Made by a program: the position numbers and the translations under genes
Notes under the pieces: generated by a model
The model's database searches: none
Seen by the model: the letters and a program-made list of their open reading frames with translations, nothing else
What the model was told of the DNA's origin: nothing
Shown here: positions 30,465 to 39,973 of the stretch, one piece after another
Numbering within the stretch: the stretch's first letter is position 1
Layout: every line of letters begins with the position of its first letter
Origin: Ferruginibacter sp.
GTDB taxonomy: Bacteria > Bacteroidota > Bacteroidia > Chitinophagales > Chitinophagaceae
Reading direction: 5' to 3'
NCBI GenBank assembly: GCA_043745405.1
Contig: JAYTTI010000006.1
Location: 9,967 to 73,966, forward strand
Length of the DNA stretch: 64,000 bases

Positions 30465-32414
30465 GTGTTACCTATGAAAATACTTTTATCCTTTTTATTA
30501 TTGTTTGTTTCTATACACTTTGTTAAGGCGCAAATTACAACACCTGTTATCAAAGCTAATTTTGGTGTAGATGGTGACCTTACTTCCAACTATTTTAATT
30601 TTGCTGCTTTTCCTGACGAAGATGATTGGTTTCCTGATGGATACCCTGGTGCCGGCGAATTTGTAATTGACACTACCGGAGCTGCTGCAATTGTTGCAGG
30701 ATATATAACAGACCCCACAACTACTAACAACCCTGTTACCAGGGGAATGAATCAGACAATTTATAGTGTAGTAAATAATAAATTGTTAATGGACGCAAAT
30801 TTTACAAGAGATTATTACGGGAATGATTCAACTGTTTTCTCAATAGGCAGTAATAAAAATGGGATGTCTCCGGCAGCATGGAGCTGCCCGGTTGCTCAAA
30901 GCGTTCCAAATAAAAATGACATACTGGATGTGTTTACGCATGTAAGAAGAGACGGGCCAAATCCGGTTGCATCAGATTCTTTATGGTTTTTTGGAGGTCT
31001 TTCGCTGGAAAATACTAACGGTAACCGGTATTTTGATTTTGAATTATTTCAAACAAATCTTACTTATAGCACGGCAACACATACTTTTTCGGGTTATGGG
31101 CCGGATGAAGGTCATACTACTTGGGTATTTGATGCTGCAGGTAATATTGTTTCTGCAGGCGATATAATTTTAACCGCCGAATATTCCAGTTCATCTTTAA
31201 CGCTTATTGAAGCAAGAATATGGATAAATAAGGCTGATTTAGGTGTAACTCCAACTGCATTTACGTGGGGTGGTGCATTTGACGGAGTTAACTCCTCAGC
31301 AGCATATGGATATGCCAGTATTTTACCAAAAACAGCAGGATCTTTTTATACAGGCATGACAAATAGTGCAACTACTACGGCCGGTCCATTTTCATTGATA
31401 AGAGTTAGTGGCATTTTGGTTACAGATTATATTGTAGATCAGTTCATGGAATTTTCTGTTAATCTTACTAAGCTTGGTATTGACCCTGCATCTTATGGCA
31501 ACGGTTGTGGAAAACCTTTCAGAAGTGTATTAATAAAAACAAGGGCGTCCACTTCTTTTACAGCAGCATTAAAAGACTTTGTAAAGCCTTTTGAGTTGTT
31601 TAATTATACCCAGCCTGCCGCAACTACGCTTCTTAAATATTTTTGTGGTACTATGCCGGCAACTACTATTGATGTAATTAATCCTATTTCTACATCAGTG
31701 TATACATGGTCAACTTTTGATGGAAATATTGTAGGACCGGTAATTACCAATACAGTTACAATTGATGCACCTGGTACTTATTATGTTACCCAGCAATTAC
31801 ATAATTTATGTGCCCCGTTAGGCATTGATTCAGTAACTATTTTATATGACTCCGTATGTACAGTTTTAAATATAAATATTACAAATTTTACAGTTGTAAA
31901 CAAAGGCGGGGTTGCCATTATTTCATGGCAGGCAAGTAACAATGAACTGGCTTTTAAGTATATAATAGAATATAGCGACAATGGCCTTTTGTTTACTGAA
32001 GTAACTACCCTGCCTGCAATACAAAAAACTGGTATGGCCGGGTATGTTTTCAGTCAGCCGATTGGTCTTCAGAAAAGTTATTACAGAATAAAAATTATTG
32101 AAAAAGACGGTACTGTAAAATACAGTAACACTATTAAAGTAAATTCGGAAAAAGAAGCAAAGAAAATACCCCTTATCTTTCCTAATCCTACCCAGGGGGA
32201 AACGTTCGTGTCGATAGAGTCATCCCGAACAACAATGGTCAGCATTTATTTCACCGATATGGGCGGTCGCCTTATTAAAACTTTAAAGCTGCCGGTAAAC
32301 AAGGGTAACAATTTGCTGACACTTCATGAACTGATCAGGCAAACCGGTATGTATCTTGTTAAAGTTAAAAGTATTGATGGCGAAACCACACAGCAACTAA
32401 TAATAAGAAAATAA
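30465..32414 (+). CDS. T9SS type-A sorting domain-containing secreted protein
   Basis: Signal peptide; C-terminal IFPNPT...DMGGRLIK...GMYLVKV...QQLIIRK. Confidence 0.88.
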   Translation: MLPMKILLSFLLLFVSIHFVKAQITTPVIKANFGVDGDLTSNYFNFAAFPDEDDWFPDGYPGAGEFVIDTTGAAAIVAGYITDPTTTNNPVTRGMNQTIYSVVNNKLLMDANFTRDYYGNDSTVFSIGSNKNGMSPAAWSCPVAQSVPNKNDILDVFTHVRRDGPNPVASDSLWFFGGLSLENTNGNRYFDFELFQTNLTYSTATHTFSGYGPDEGHTTWVFDAAGNIVSAGDIILTAEYSSSSLTLIEARIWINKADLGVTPTAFTWGGAFDGVNSSAAYGYASILPKTAGSFYTGMTNSATTTAGPFSLIRVSGILVTDYIVDQFMEFSVNLTKLGIDPASYGNGCGKPFRSVLIKTRASTSFTAALKDFVKPFELFNYTQPAATTLLKYFCGTMPATTIDVINPISTSVYTWSTFDGNIVGPVITNTVTIDAPGTYYVTQQLHNLCAPLGIDSVTILYDSVCTVLNINITNFTVVNKGGVAIISWQASNNELAFKYIIEYSDNGLLFTEVTTLPAIQKTGMAGYVFSQPIGLQKSYYRIKIIEKDGTVKYSNTIKVNSEKEAKKIPLIFPNPTQGETFVSIESSRTTMVSIYFTDMGGRLIKTLKLPVNKGNNLLTLHELIRQTGMYLVKVKSIDGETTQQLIIRK

Positions 32415-32658
32415 TTTGCTCCCCACGCATTTGAAACTGCTTTTATGTTTTTTGTTTTAATAAAAGGCACTAAGGACTGCTTTTTTTGCCAAATAGTTTT
32501 TTATAAATGCAATGTGAATTAAAAAAGGATTTTTTTTGATCTCAGCCTTATTATTAAAATCATGATTGTATTTTATCAAAATACTGTATACTTTCGGGAT
32601 GGAAATGGCCGCCTAAAAACTAACAACTAAGGAGTATAATAGAAAATCTTTAAAGCCA

Positions 32659-32687
32659 GGCAACCGTTTTTCTGTTGTTCACGATTA
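32659..32687 (+). promoter_or_regulatory. Putative ECF sigma promoter (autoregulatory)
   Basis: GGCAACC-N16-CGATTA; same motif and spacing at 34693-34721. Confidence 0.65.
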
Positions 32688-32701
32688 TTAACATACCTTA
32701 A

Positions 32702-33289
32702 ATTTTACCAACGACACATCAACTTGAGTATATCATCCAGGGTTGCGTAAAAGCAAACAGGGAAAGCCAGAAAGCATTTTATCAGCATTTCTATGGTTTT
32801 TCAATGGCTATCTGTATGCGATACAGCAATAGTAAAGACGATGCTATGGAAGTTGTTAATGATGGATTTGTAAAAGTATTCAGGGAATTGCCTGGTTTTA
32901 AACCCAGGTACGATAATTATGAGTCCTCACTAAAAGGCTGGATGAAGAGTATATTGGTAAACACTGCTATAGATCATTTCAGAAAAAATAGAAAAAATTA
33001 TTTTATTGCTGAAATAGAAGAATCTCATTTTGAAATGCAGCACGTAAGTGAGACTGCCATTGATAAAATGAGTTACAAAGAAATCCTGGACATGGTACAA
33101 CGTTTATCACCTGTTTATAAAACTATTTTTAATTTATTTGTAATAGAGGGTTTTAAGCATGAGGAAATTGCCAGGCGTTTAAATATATCTGTGGGTACAT
33201 CAAAATCAAATCTTTCTAAAGCAAAAGCGAATATTCAAAAAATGCTTAATGAAAAAGCAATAAATTGTTATGGACAAAAAGCAATTTAA
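32702..33289 (+). CDS. ECF RNA polymerase sigma factor
   Basis: Region 2 (DAMEVVNDGFVK, WMKSILVNTAIDHFRK) and region 4 (EGFKHEEIA.RLNISVGTSKSNL). The conserved N-terminal IIQGC...RESQKAFYQHF lies upstream of the first ATG (32804), in a frame open from 32702. Confidence 0.9.
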   Translation: MLPTTHQLEYIIQGCVKANRESQKAFYQHFYGFSMAICMRYSNSKDDAMEVVNDGFVKVFRELPGFKPRYDNYESSLKGWMKSILVNTAIDHFRKNRKNYFIAEIEESHFEMQHVSETAIDKMSYKEILDMVQRLSPVYKTIFNLFVIEGFKHEEIARRLNISVGTSKSNLSKAKANIQKMLNEKAINCYGQKAI

Positions 33290-34565
33290 TTATATAGAAA
33301 ACCGCATAAGGCAGGCCGCTGAAAACAGTGAGCCAGCTTTTGATGAATATGCCTGGACAAAGATGGAGGCAAGGTTAAGTAAAGAAGATAACAGAAGGCG
33401 CCGCTATTTGTTATGGTGGTTTTTAGTGCCCTTGGTTTTAATAACTGCCGGCACTGGTTATTTCTTTTTAAAGAATACATCTGCGGAAACAAAAAATGTA
33501 CAGCATACCAGTATAAATAGTAATAAAGATAAATTAATAAAGCAAAAAAATATTCCTGTATACAAAATACCAGCCATCAATGAAGATAATAGCAACAATA
33601 AAATAAATGTTGATATAAAGAAAAGTACTGATTCAACTCAATCAACTAAGCAATTGCCGGTTTCAAATAATGATATTGCTGCCTGGGATATTACTAATAA
33701 TAGTAACAGGTATCATAGTTTTAAAAAAGGAAAATTATCTTCAAAAATTAACCCAGGTGAAATAGGCAATACCAATGCCCATTCTTCTGAAGTTGATTCC
33801 TCAAATTTTGTTTTGGATAAAACACCTGTCGATAAACAAACTGTATATAGCAGCGTAGTTATTGTAAGCGATACTGTTTTACAAAAAGACAGTTTAAAAA
33901 ATGCTGTCACTATAAATTTACCCGATAGCGGTAAAAAAGATGCTATAAAAAAATCAACTCCCTCACGCTTTTATTTTCTTGCTTCTGTTGCCGCAGATAT
34001 AGGCAGCGTAAAATTTTTATCTTTTCAAAACAGCCAGCTCACCACAAAAATTGGCATGGGCATTGGGTACCAGCTTAGTAAAAAACTAAGTGTGCAGACA
34101 GGTTTTTATGCAGGAAGAAAAAAATATATTGCCGGGCCAGAGGATTATAATCCCAAGTCAGGTTCCTATTGGGATATGGTGCAAATAGTAAAAGTCAACG
34201 CATCCTGTTTGGTATATGATATCCCTTTAACAGTTAGATATAATATTATACAAAAAACCACTATCGATTATTTTGCCACAGCAGGCTTTTCTTCTTATAT
34301 CATGAAAAAGGAAGACTATGTTTATGATTATACCTACAATTATATGCCTCATAACTCATCATGGACTTATACAGGCAATAAACATTTCTTTTCTGTTTTT
34401 AATATTTCGGTTGGGATAGAGAAAAAGCTTTCTCCATATTTTTCTTTACTTGCAGAACCCTATGTTGGTATCCCATTATCAGGAGTAGGCGATGGCAGCG
34501 TAAAATTATATTCAGCAGGTTTGCAGGTAGGCTTAAAATATAATCCTTATAGAAAACATAAATAA
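33270..34565 (+). CDS. Putative anti-sigma factor with TM segment, low-complexity linker and C-terminal outer-membrane beta-barrel
   Basis: EPAFDEYAWTKMEARL N-terminus, RRRR + TM, N/S/K-rich linker, beta-strands ending ...SAGLQVGLKYN; overlaps the ECF gene. Confidence 0.75.
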   Translation: MDKKQFNYIENRIRQAAENSEPAFDEYAWTKMEARLSKEDNRRRRYLLWWFLVPLVLITAGTGYFFLKNTSAETKNVQHTSINSNKDKLIKQKNIPVYKIPAINEDNSNNKINVDIKKSTDSTQSTKQLPVSNNDIAAWDITNNSNRYHSFKKGKLSSKINPGEIGNTNAHSSEVDSSNFVLDKTPVDKQTVYSSVVIVSDTVLQKDSLKNAVTINLPDSGKKDAIKKSTPSRFYFLASVAADIGSVKFLSFQNSQLTTKIGMGIGYQLSKKLSVQTGFYAGRKKYIAGPEDYNPKSGSYWDMVQIVKVNASCLVYDIPLTVRYNIIQKTTIDYFATAGFSSYIMKKEDYVYDYTYNYMPHNSSWTYTGNKHFFSVFNISVGIEKKLSPYFSLLAEPYVGIPLSGVGDGSVKLYSAGLQVGLKYNPYRKHK

Positions 34566-34584
34566 AACAATAATCAGGTGTTTT

Positions 34585-34610
34585 AAAGAGCTGCATTGCG
34601 GCTCTTTTTT
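34585..34610 (+). terminator. Intrinsic terminator
   Basis: AAAGAGCTGC-ATT-GCGGCTCTTT followed by T-run. Confidence 0.75.
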
Positions 34611-34692
34611 ATGTACCCATAGAATCATTCTGCTGCCTGCCTGGATTAATTTAAATAACAAACTGCATAAATATTATTTAGTGTGATGCAGA

Positions 34693-34721
34693 GGCAACCA
34701 TATCAAAATAAGTTTCGAATA
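34693..34721 (+). promoter_or_regulatory. Putative ECF sigma promoter
   Basis: GGCAACC-N16-CGAATA ending 17 nt before the ATG at 34739. Confidence 0.65.
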
Positions 34722-34738
34722 ATTACAAAACAACTTGC

Positions 34739-35338
34739 ATGAATAAAAAAATAACAAAATGGGTATGTATTATTATCCTTGGTTTTATTATTATAAATTT
34801 TATTGGCTGCAGTAAAAGCAGCCCTTCACCTACACCACCTCCAACAGATCTTTGTGCAGGTAAAACAATTGATATAATGGCAACGCCCAAAGCAACCGAA
34901 CCCTGTTCTGCAAATGGAGCAATTGATGTTAGTGCAACGGGCAGTACGGGTTTTGTGTTTAAGTTAAAAAGTACAGGTGTGTACCAGGCTTCAGGAAAAT
35001 TTAATGATGTGGCTGCAGGAACTTATACCGTATTTGCAAAAGATGGGGATGGTTGCGAAAAATCTGTTTCTGTTACTGTTGCGGCCAGTGGCACGGCAGG
35101 TGCATTTTTTACTTCTATGAAAACACTGGTGGCGGCAAAATGCCAGAGTTGCCATAATAATTCAATAGCGAACGGCGGGATGAATTTCCAGGTAGAGTGT
35201 AATATCATCGCCAATAAAGCTCGCATAAAAGTAAGGGCCGTTGATGAAGGTACAATGCCCCCAACAGGGTCCTTAACACAAACACAAAAAAATATCATCA
35301 CCGATTGGATAAATGCTGGTGGGGGATATAGCAATTAA
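34739..35338 (+). CDS. Lipoprotein with SprB-like repeat and monoheme c-type cytochrome domain
   Basis: Lipobox FIGC; GAIDVSATG...F..VAAGTYTVFAKDGDGC; heme motif CQSCH; MPP distal Met; IITDWINAG. Confidence 0.8.
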   Translation: MNKKITKWVCIIILGFIIINFIGCSKSSPSPTPPPTDLCAGKTIDIMATPKATEPCSANGAIDVSATGSTGFVFKLKSTGVYQASGKFNDVAAGTYTVFAKDGDGCEKSVSVTVAASGTAGAFFTSMKTLVAAKCQSCHNNSIANGGMNFQVECNIIANKARIKVRAVDEGTMPPTGSLTQTQKNIITDWINAGGGYSN

Positions 35339-35364
35339 TTTTTTACCTTTTTCAAAATCAAGTA

Positions 35365-35802
35365 ATGGTAGCAGCAAAAAAAAATATTGCCATTGTTGCA
35401 GTATTTATCGCAGTGGGTCTTGCTTTCTATTTTTACAAAGAATACCACCGTAAGCCAGATAATATTTCGGGTTTTCAGCCTGCGGAAAAAATAAATTTTT
35501 CAATAATTGTTAACGGCTATCAGAACGATGAAACTATTGCCAACAAACAATACCTCGGTAAAATAATTCAGGTAGCTGGCCCAATAGCAGATATTATTAA
35601 ACAGCAAGATACCATCATCAATGTATTTATTGGCGATATAAATTCATTACACAAAGTAAGCTGCCTTTTAGATAAACGGAATGAGGGCAGTATTGATAAA
35701 TACAGCAAAGGAAATGATATTATTATCAAAGGGATTTGTACAGGGTTTTTGCTGGATGTAGAATTAAACAGGTGTGTAATAGTTGATACCGGTAAACAAT
35801 AA
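35365..35802 (+). CDS. Membrane-anchored OB-fold protein (tRNA_anti-like)
   Basis: N-terminal TM; ANKQYLGKIIQVAG; IIIKGICTGFLLDVELNRC. Confidence 0.75.
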   Translation: MVAAKKNIAIVAVFIAVGLAFYFYKEYHRKPDNISGFQPAEKINFSIIVNGYQNDETIANKQYLGKIIQVAGPIADIIKQQDTIINVFIGDINSLHKVSCLLDKRNEGSIDKYSKGNDIIIKGICTGFLLDVELNRCVIVDTGKQ

Positions 35803-35807
35803 ATTAG

Positions 35808-36374
35808 GTGGCTATGAAAAATTATATACTGTCATTACTGGTTCTTTTATCAATGTTTAACACAGCAGCCCAAACAAAATATTTTACAAAAGCAGGCAGC
35901 ATTAGGTTTTATTCAAAATCATCCCTGGAAAATATCGAAGCCGTCAATAATAAAGTAGTAAGTGTTTGGGATGTTAGTACGGGACAGGTAGAGTTTGCAG
36001 CTTTAATGAAAGGGTTTGAATTTGAGAAAGCCCTAATGCAAGAACACTTTAATGAAAATTATGTGGAAAGCGATAAATACCCGAAAGCAATTTTTACAGG
36101 AATTATCGAAAACAGCAAAGCAATTTCGTTAGCGGAAGATAATGTGGCTACAGTAAAAGTAAATGGGTCCTTAACAATGCATGGGGTAACTAAGCCTGTA
36201 AATACAATGGCAACAATAACGGTAAAGAATGGCATTGTTCAGGCATATTGCAGTTTTAGCATTGCTTTGGCCGATTATAAAATAGAGATACCATCTATTG
36301 TATCAGATAAAATCAATAAAACCATTGGTATTGCTGTAAATATTCCGGCCTATCAGGCACTTGCCACAAAATAA
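35808..36374 (+). CDS. YceI family protein
   Basis: FEFEKALMQEHFNENYVESDKYPKA, GSLTMHGVTK. Confidence 0.92.
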   Translation: MAMKNYILSLLVLLSMFNTAAQTKYFTKAGSIRFYSKSSLENIEAVNNKVVSVWDVSTGQVEFAALMKGFEFEKALMQEHFNENYVESDKYPKAIFTGIIENSKAISLAEDNVATVKVNGSLTMHGVTKPVNTMATITVKNGIVQAYCSFSIALADYKIEIPSIVSDKINKTIGIAVNIPAYQALATK

Positions 36375-36401
36375 TTGTTATAACATAATATCAAACACAA
36401 T

Positions 36402-37280
36402 ATGCTAACAAGTAAAGTAACCATCTTTTTATGCTGCATTCTGTTTACTGTTCAATTACAGGCTCAATCTCTTTTGAAAGAGGTAGATGACAGTTTGCCA
36501 AAAAACGAAAAAGTAAGCGGTGCTTTTAAATCAACCCGGGTCATCTACGAGCACTCTACAGAAATGTTGCACAAGGGTAATTTGGATTTCAGGATCATGC
36601 ATCGGTTTGGGTATGTTAATACAGGGATAAAAGAATTGTATGGGCTCGACCATGCAACCATGCGTATAAGTTTTGATTACGGCATTACTGATAATACAAC
36701 AATTGGTTTTGGCAGAAGTACTTTTTTAAAAGAACTGGATATTTTTTTAAAGCAAAGGATAGTACAGCAATCAACCGGCGAAAATGCAATGCCTGTTTCT
36801 ATTGTAATTGCAGCAGGCGCCACCTTGTGGACTCAAGAGGTTTTTACAGAAACAAAGCCCGGCTTTAGTGATAGATCATCCAGTTATATACAACTGATTG
36901 TAGGGCGTAAATTCAGTTCCATATTTTCTTTTCAGTTAAGCCCTATACTTCTCCACAGCAGTAATCCTGCAAATACCGGCGGTATTCAAAATGTTTTTGC
37001 CATTGGTGGCGGGGCCCGTTTAAAAATTACTAAAAGAATGGCCATTACCATGGATTACCACTATCCGTTTGGGATACTTGATTCTGTTACTTTTGCCCCG
37101 TTAGGTATTGGTATTGATATTGAAACAGGCGGCCATGTATTTCAGTTGCAATTTTCAAACGCTACGGGCATGAATGAAAGGGCATATATTACCCAAACTA
37201 CCGGCAACTTTTTTAAAGGCGATATCCGCTTTGGATTTAATTTATCGCGTATTTTTAAATTAGGGAACCATAAAAAATAA
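36402..37280 (+). CDS. Outer-membrane beta-barrel protein (DUF5777-like)
   Basis: LDFRIMHRFG, YGLD.A, DIETGGHVFQL.FSN, FGFNLSRIF. Confidence 0.8.
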   Translation: MLTSKVTIFLCCILFTVQLQAQSLLKEVDDSLPKNEKVSGAFKSTRVIYEHSTEMLHKGNLDFRIMHRFGYVNTGIKELYGLDHATMRISFDYGITDNTTIGFGRSTFLKELDIFLKQRIVQQSTGENAMPVSIVIAAGATLWTQEVFTETKPGFSDRSSSYIQLIVGRKFSSIFSFQLSPILLHSSNPANTGGIQNVFAIGGGARLKITKRMAITMDYHYPFGILDSVTFAPLGIGIDIETGGHVFQLQFSNATGMNERAYITQTTGNFFKGDIRFGFNLSRIFKLGNHKK

Positions 37281-37300
37281 TCAAACGCTCATTTTGTAAA

Positions 37301-38440
37301 TCACGAGCCAAATTTTACACCCGTTTTAATCCTGGTTAAGAGCAGGTGATAGCAACTTTTAATAAGCCTTTCTGCCACTTCACTATCTGTTGGTGTTCTA
37401 AAATTATTACTGCTGTTAATTTTAATCCAATCATCCTGCGTAAGGGCATTCCTGTCTCCTGTAAAAGTTGCGGTTTCTATTTTCCAGTCATCATTACCGG
37501 GAAAACGATCATACAATATATTGTTTCCGTTCGCCAGGTCATAAATGCGGCAATCCAATGTGGCGGCACTTTGCATATACCTTTTAGTTACTGTAACAGT
37601 TGCGGTAACTGTTTTGTACACAGGTTGGGGAGGGTCAGTTTTGGTAGAACCTGTTTGTATATCCTTACTTCTGTTAATTTTATATTGTTCGCTATATACC
37701 TGGCCAACATATAATTCAGTAATATTTAATTCTACTATCCTGTCGGCACGAATTTGTTTTGAATTGGCTTCCCAGTCAGAATAAAAGCGAACCTCCCTGA
37801 AGGATTGGTTATTGAGGTCAGTAATGATTTGCTGTTGCAGCCAGTCGTTTTGAAGGCCCCAGTAATTCCAGTTATGGTTGTAATAATTGGCGGCCCTTAC
37901 TATCACATTGATAGTAGCTTTTTCTGTTGCCTGCTGCATCAGTATGCGTACATTTTGGTAACTTGGTACGGCGCTGTTGGCTTTATAAAAATAATCATAT
38001 GCTATCCGGGCATTTTCACGGCCATCATAGCTGATATACTGCATACCCCGTTCGTAGTATTCTTTTGCCGCCCTGTTTTTTGCTTCCTGTATTTGCAAAG
38101 ATGGATCCCATAAATTGGTAATTACTTTTTTTGCGGCTGGTACAGCAATAATTTGCTGGTACATTTCTTCCAGCACACCATACTCTTTTGCAAGCTGCAT
38201 ATCGTTGTCGCCAGGCAATAAATTATTATAATTTGCCTCTGTCAATGCTTTTCGTTTATCCAATGCTATAGTGTAAGCTTCTGGCAGCAGTTTTAAAGCC
38301 TCCGTATCAGCAGGATTTTTTTTCAATTTTTCTACCAGCTCAAAAACAGTTTTATCTTCGGTTGAATAATATTTTTTTAAATGGCTGGAGGAACTACAGC
38401 CAAACAGGTATACCAATAAAAACAGGCAGTATTTTTTCAT
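37301..38440 (-). CDS. Hypothetical lipoprotein
   Basis: Lipobox LFGC; helical TPR-like N-terminal half. Confidence 0.75.
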   Translation of the reverse strand: MKKYCLFLLVYLFGCSSSSHLKKYYSTEDKTVFELVEKLKKNPADTEALKLLPEAYTIALDKRKALTEANYNNLLPGDNDMQLAKEYGVLEEMYQQIIAVPAAKKVITNLWDPSLQIQEAKNRAAKEYYERGMQYISYDGRENARIAYDYFYKANSAVPSYQNVRILMQQATEKATINVIVRAANYYNHNWNYWGLQNDWLQQQIITDLNNQSFREVRFYSDWEANSKQIRADRIVELNITELYVGQVYSEQYKINRSKDIQTGSTKTDPPQPVYKTVTATVTVTKRYMQSAATLDCRIYDLANGNNILYDRFPGNDDWKIETATFTGDRNALTQDDWIKINSSNNFRTPTDSEVAERLIKSCYHLLLTRIKTGVKFGS

Positions 38441-38742
38441 ACGCTATGAAATTTAAGAAAAGGTAATAATTTTTAGATGATGTAACCAATTAAAAGATAA
38501 TTAGTATTTAATTCAAGTTTCTTCAATGTAATCAACGGTCTCTGGAATACCTACCGTAACTTAAAAGCAAATAAAAACGCCTCAATACCTTAACGGTAAT
38601 TGCAGAAACAGTCAGGGTTATGCGTAAAGGATTAATGGCCGTTAAGTCGTTAATACGTCAAGGTGAAAGCGTATAAAATGCCTCAACGGCCAAACTAAAT
38701 AACCGCTTGTTCGGGTAATAATTTGCATGCATCCATTAAATA

Positions 38743-38774
38743 TTTGGATACTTTAATGTTGATTGTTAACTTTG
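38743..38774 (+). promoter_or_regulatory. Bacteroidota housekeeping promoter for rpsP
   Basis: TTTG-N20-TAACTTTG (-33/-7 consensus). Confidence 0.7.
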
Positions 38775-38839
38775 CTTTCCTTTTTTAAGGAGATTAAGAA
38801 ACCCTATTTATTCACAACCCAAAAAAATTTCTATTTTTT

Positions 38840-39334
38840 ATGGCTGTAAAAATGAGACTGCAACGTCACGGATCTAAGAAAAGACCGTTCTACTTTATTG
38901 TAGTTGCAGACGGACGAAGCCCACGTGATGGCAAATTTATTCAGAAACTTGGTACGTACAATCCTTTAACTGTTCCGGCAACCGTGCAGATAGACCGTCA
39001 AAAGGCGTTGGACTGGTTACACAAAGGTGCTCAGCCTACTGACACTGTACGTCGTATCCTTTCTTTCAAAGGGGTATTGTTTTTGAAGCATTTGTTAAGA
39101 GGTGTTGGCTTAGGTCTGTTTGATGAGGCTGTTGCTATGCAAAAATTTACTGCATGGAGTGCTGAGCATGATGCTCACATTGCAAAACGTCAGGGAGCCC
39201 ATAAAAAGGCCCGTAATGATAGTCGCAACCAACCAGTAGTAAGAAAGGTAGCTCAAGCACCGGCCGCTGTAGCTGTTGAAGCTACTGCCCCTGCAGATGC
39301 ACCTTCAACTGAAGAAACCAAAGCAGCAGAATAA
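38840..39334 (+). CDS. rpsP: 30S ribosomal protein S16 (long Bacteroidota form)
   Basis: [37 protein letters not shown]. Confidence 0.98.
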   Translation: MAVKMRLQRHGSKKRPFYFIVVADGRSPRDGKFIQKLGTYNPLTVPATVQIDRQKALDWLHKGAQPTDTVRRILSFKGVLFLKHLLRGVGLGLFDEAVAMQKFTAWSAEHDAHIAKRQGAHKKARNDSRNQPVVRKVAQAPAAVAVEATAPADAPSTEETKAAE

Positions 39335-39359
39335 TAATTGCTGTGCCGTTAATTCTTTT

Positions 39360-39391
39360 AGCAATTTCGAGTATTCGGAATTGCTTTTTTT
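39360..39391 (+). terminator. Intrinsic terminator after rpsP
   Basis: AGCAATTTCGA-GTAT-TCGGAATTGCT + T-run. Confidence 0.7.
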
Positions 39392-39430
39392 ATGCCCTTT
39401 ATCGGCACCTTAATTTGTATCTTGCAGCTA

Positions 39431-39949
39431 ATGAACGAGTATTTTAAAATAGGAAAATTAGCCGCTAGCTTTGGTCTGAAAGGTGAGTTGGTATTACAGC
39501 ACAGCCTCGGCAAAAAAACAGCCTTAAACGGCCTGGAAACAATTTTTGTAGAAGACCGCAAGAATAATTTTATGCCCTATTTTATTGAATCCACCTCTAT
39601 AAAAAATGATGCAGAAGTGTATATAAAACTCGAGGGTATCGACAGTAAAGAAACGGCCCGTAAATTAACACCCAAAGAAGTATGGCTTGCTGCAGAAGAT
39701 TTTAAAAATTTTGCTGCAAAATCAGCACCCATTGCCATGCTGGGCTTTCACCTTATAAATGATGACGGTGAAGACCTTGGTGAAATAGTAGAAGTAATTG
39801 AACAGCCACACCAGGTATTGTGCGCCATTTTACTCGACGGCAAAGAAGCCCTGATACCCATTCACCAGGAATCGCTGGATAAAATTGACCAGACGAACAG
39901 AAAAGTATATGTTACTTTACCAGATGGGTTGCTGGATATTTATAGGTAG
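39431..39949 (+). CDS. rimM: 16S rRNA processing protein RimM
   Basis: IGKLAASFGLKGE, PRC-barrel EALIP, LPDGLLDIY; follows rpsP. Confidence 0.93.
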   Translation: MNEYFKIGKLAASFGLKGELVLQHSLGKKTALNGLETIFVEDRKNNFMPYFIESTSIKNDAEVYIKLEGIDSKETARKLTPKEVWLAAEDFKNFAAKSAPIAMLGFHLINDDGEDLGEIVEVIEQPHQVLCAILLDGKEALIPIHQESLDKIDQTNRKVYVTLPDGLLDIYR

Positions 39950-39973
39950 TATTTTTATTTGTAAATTAGTATA

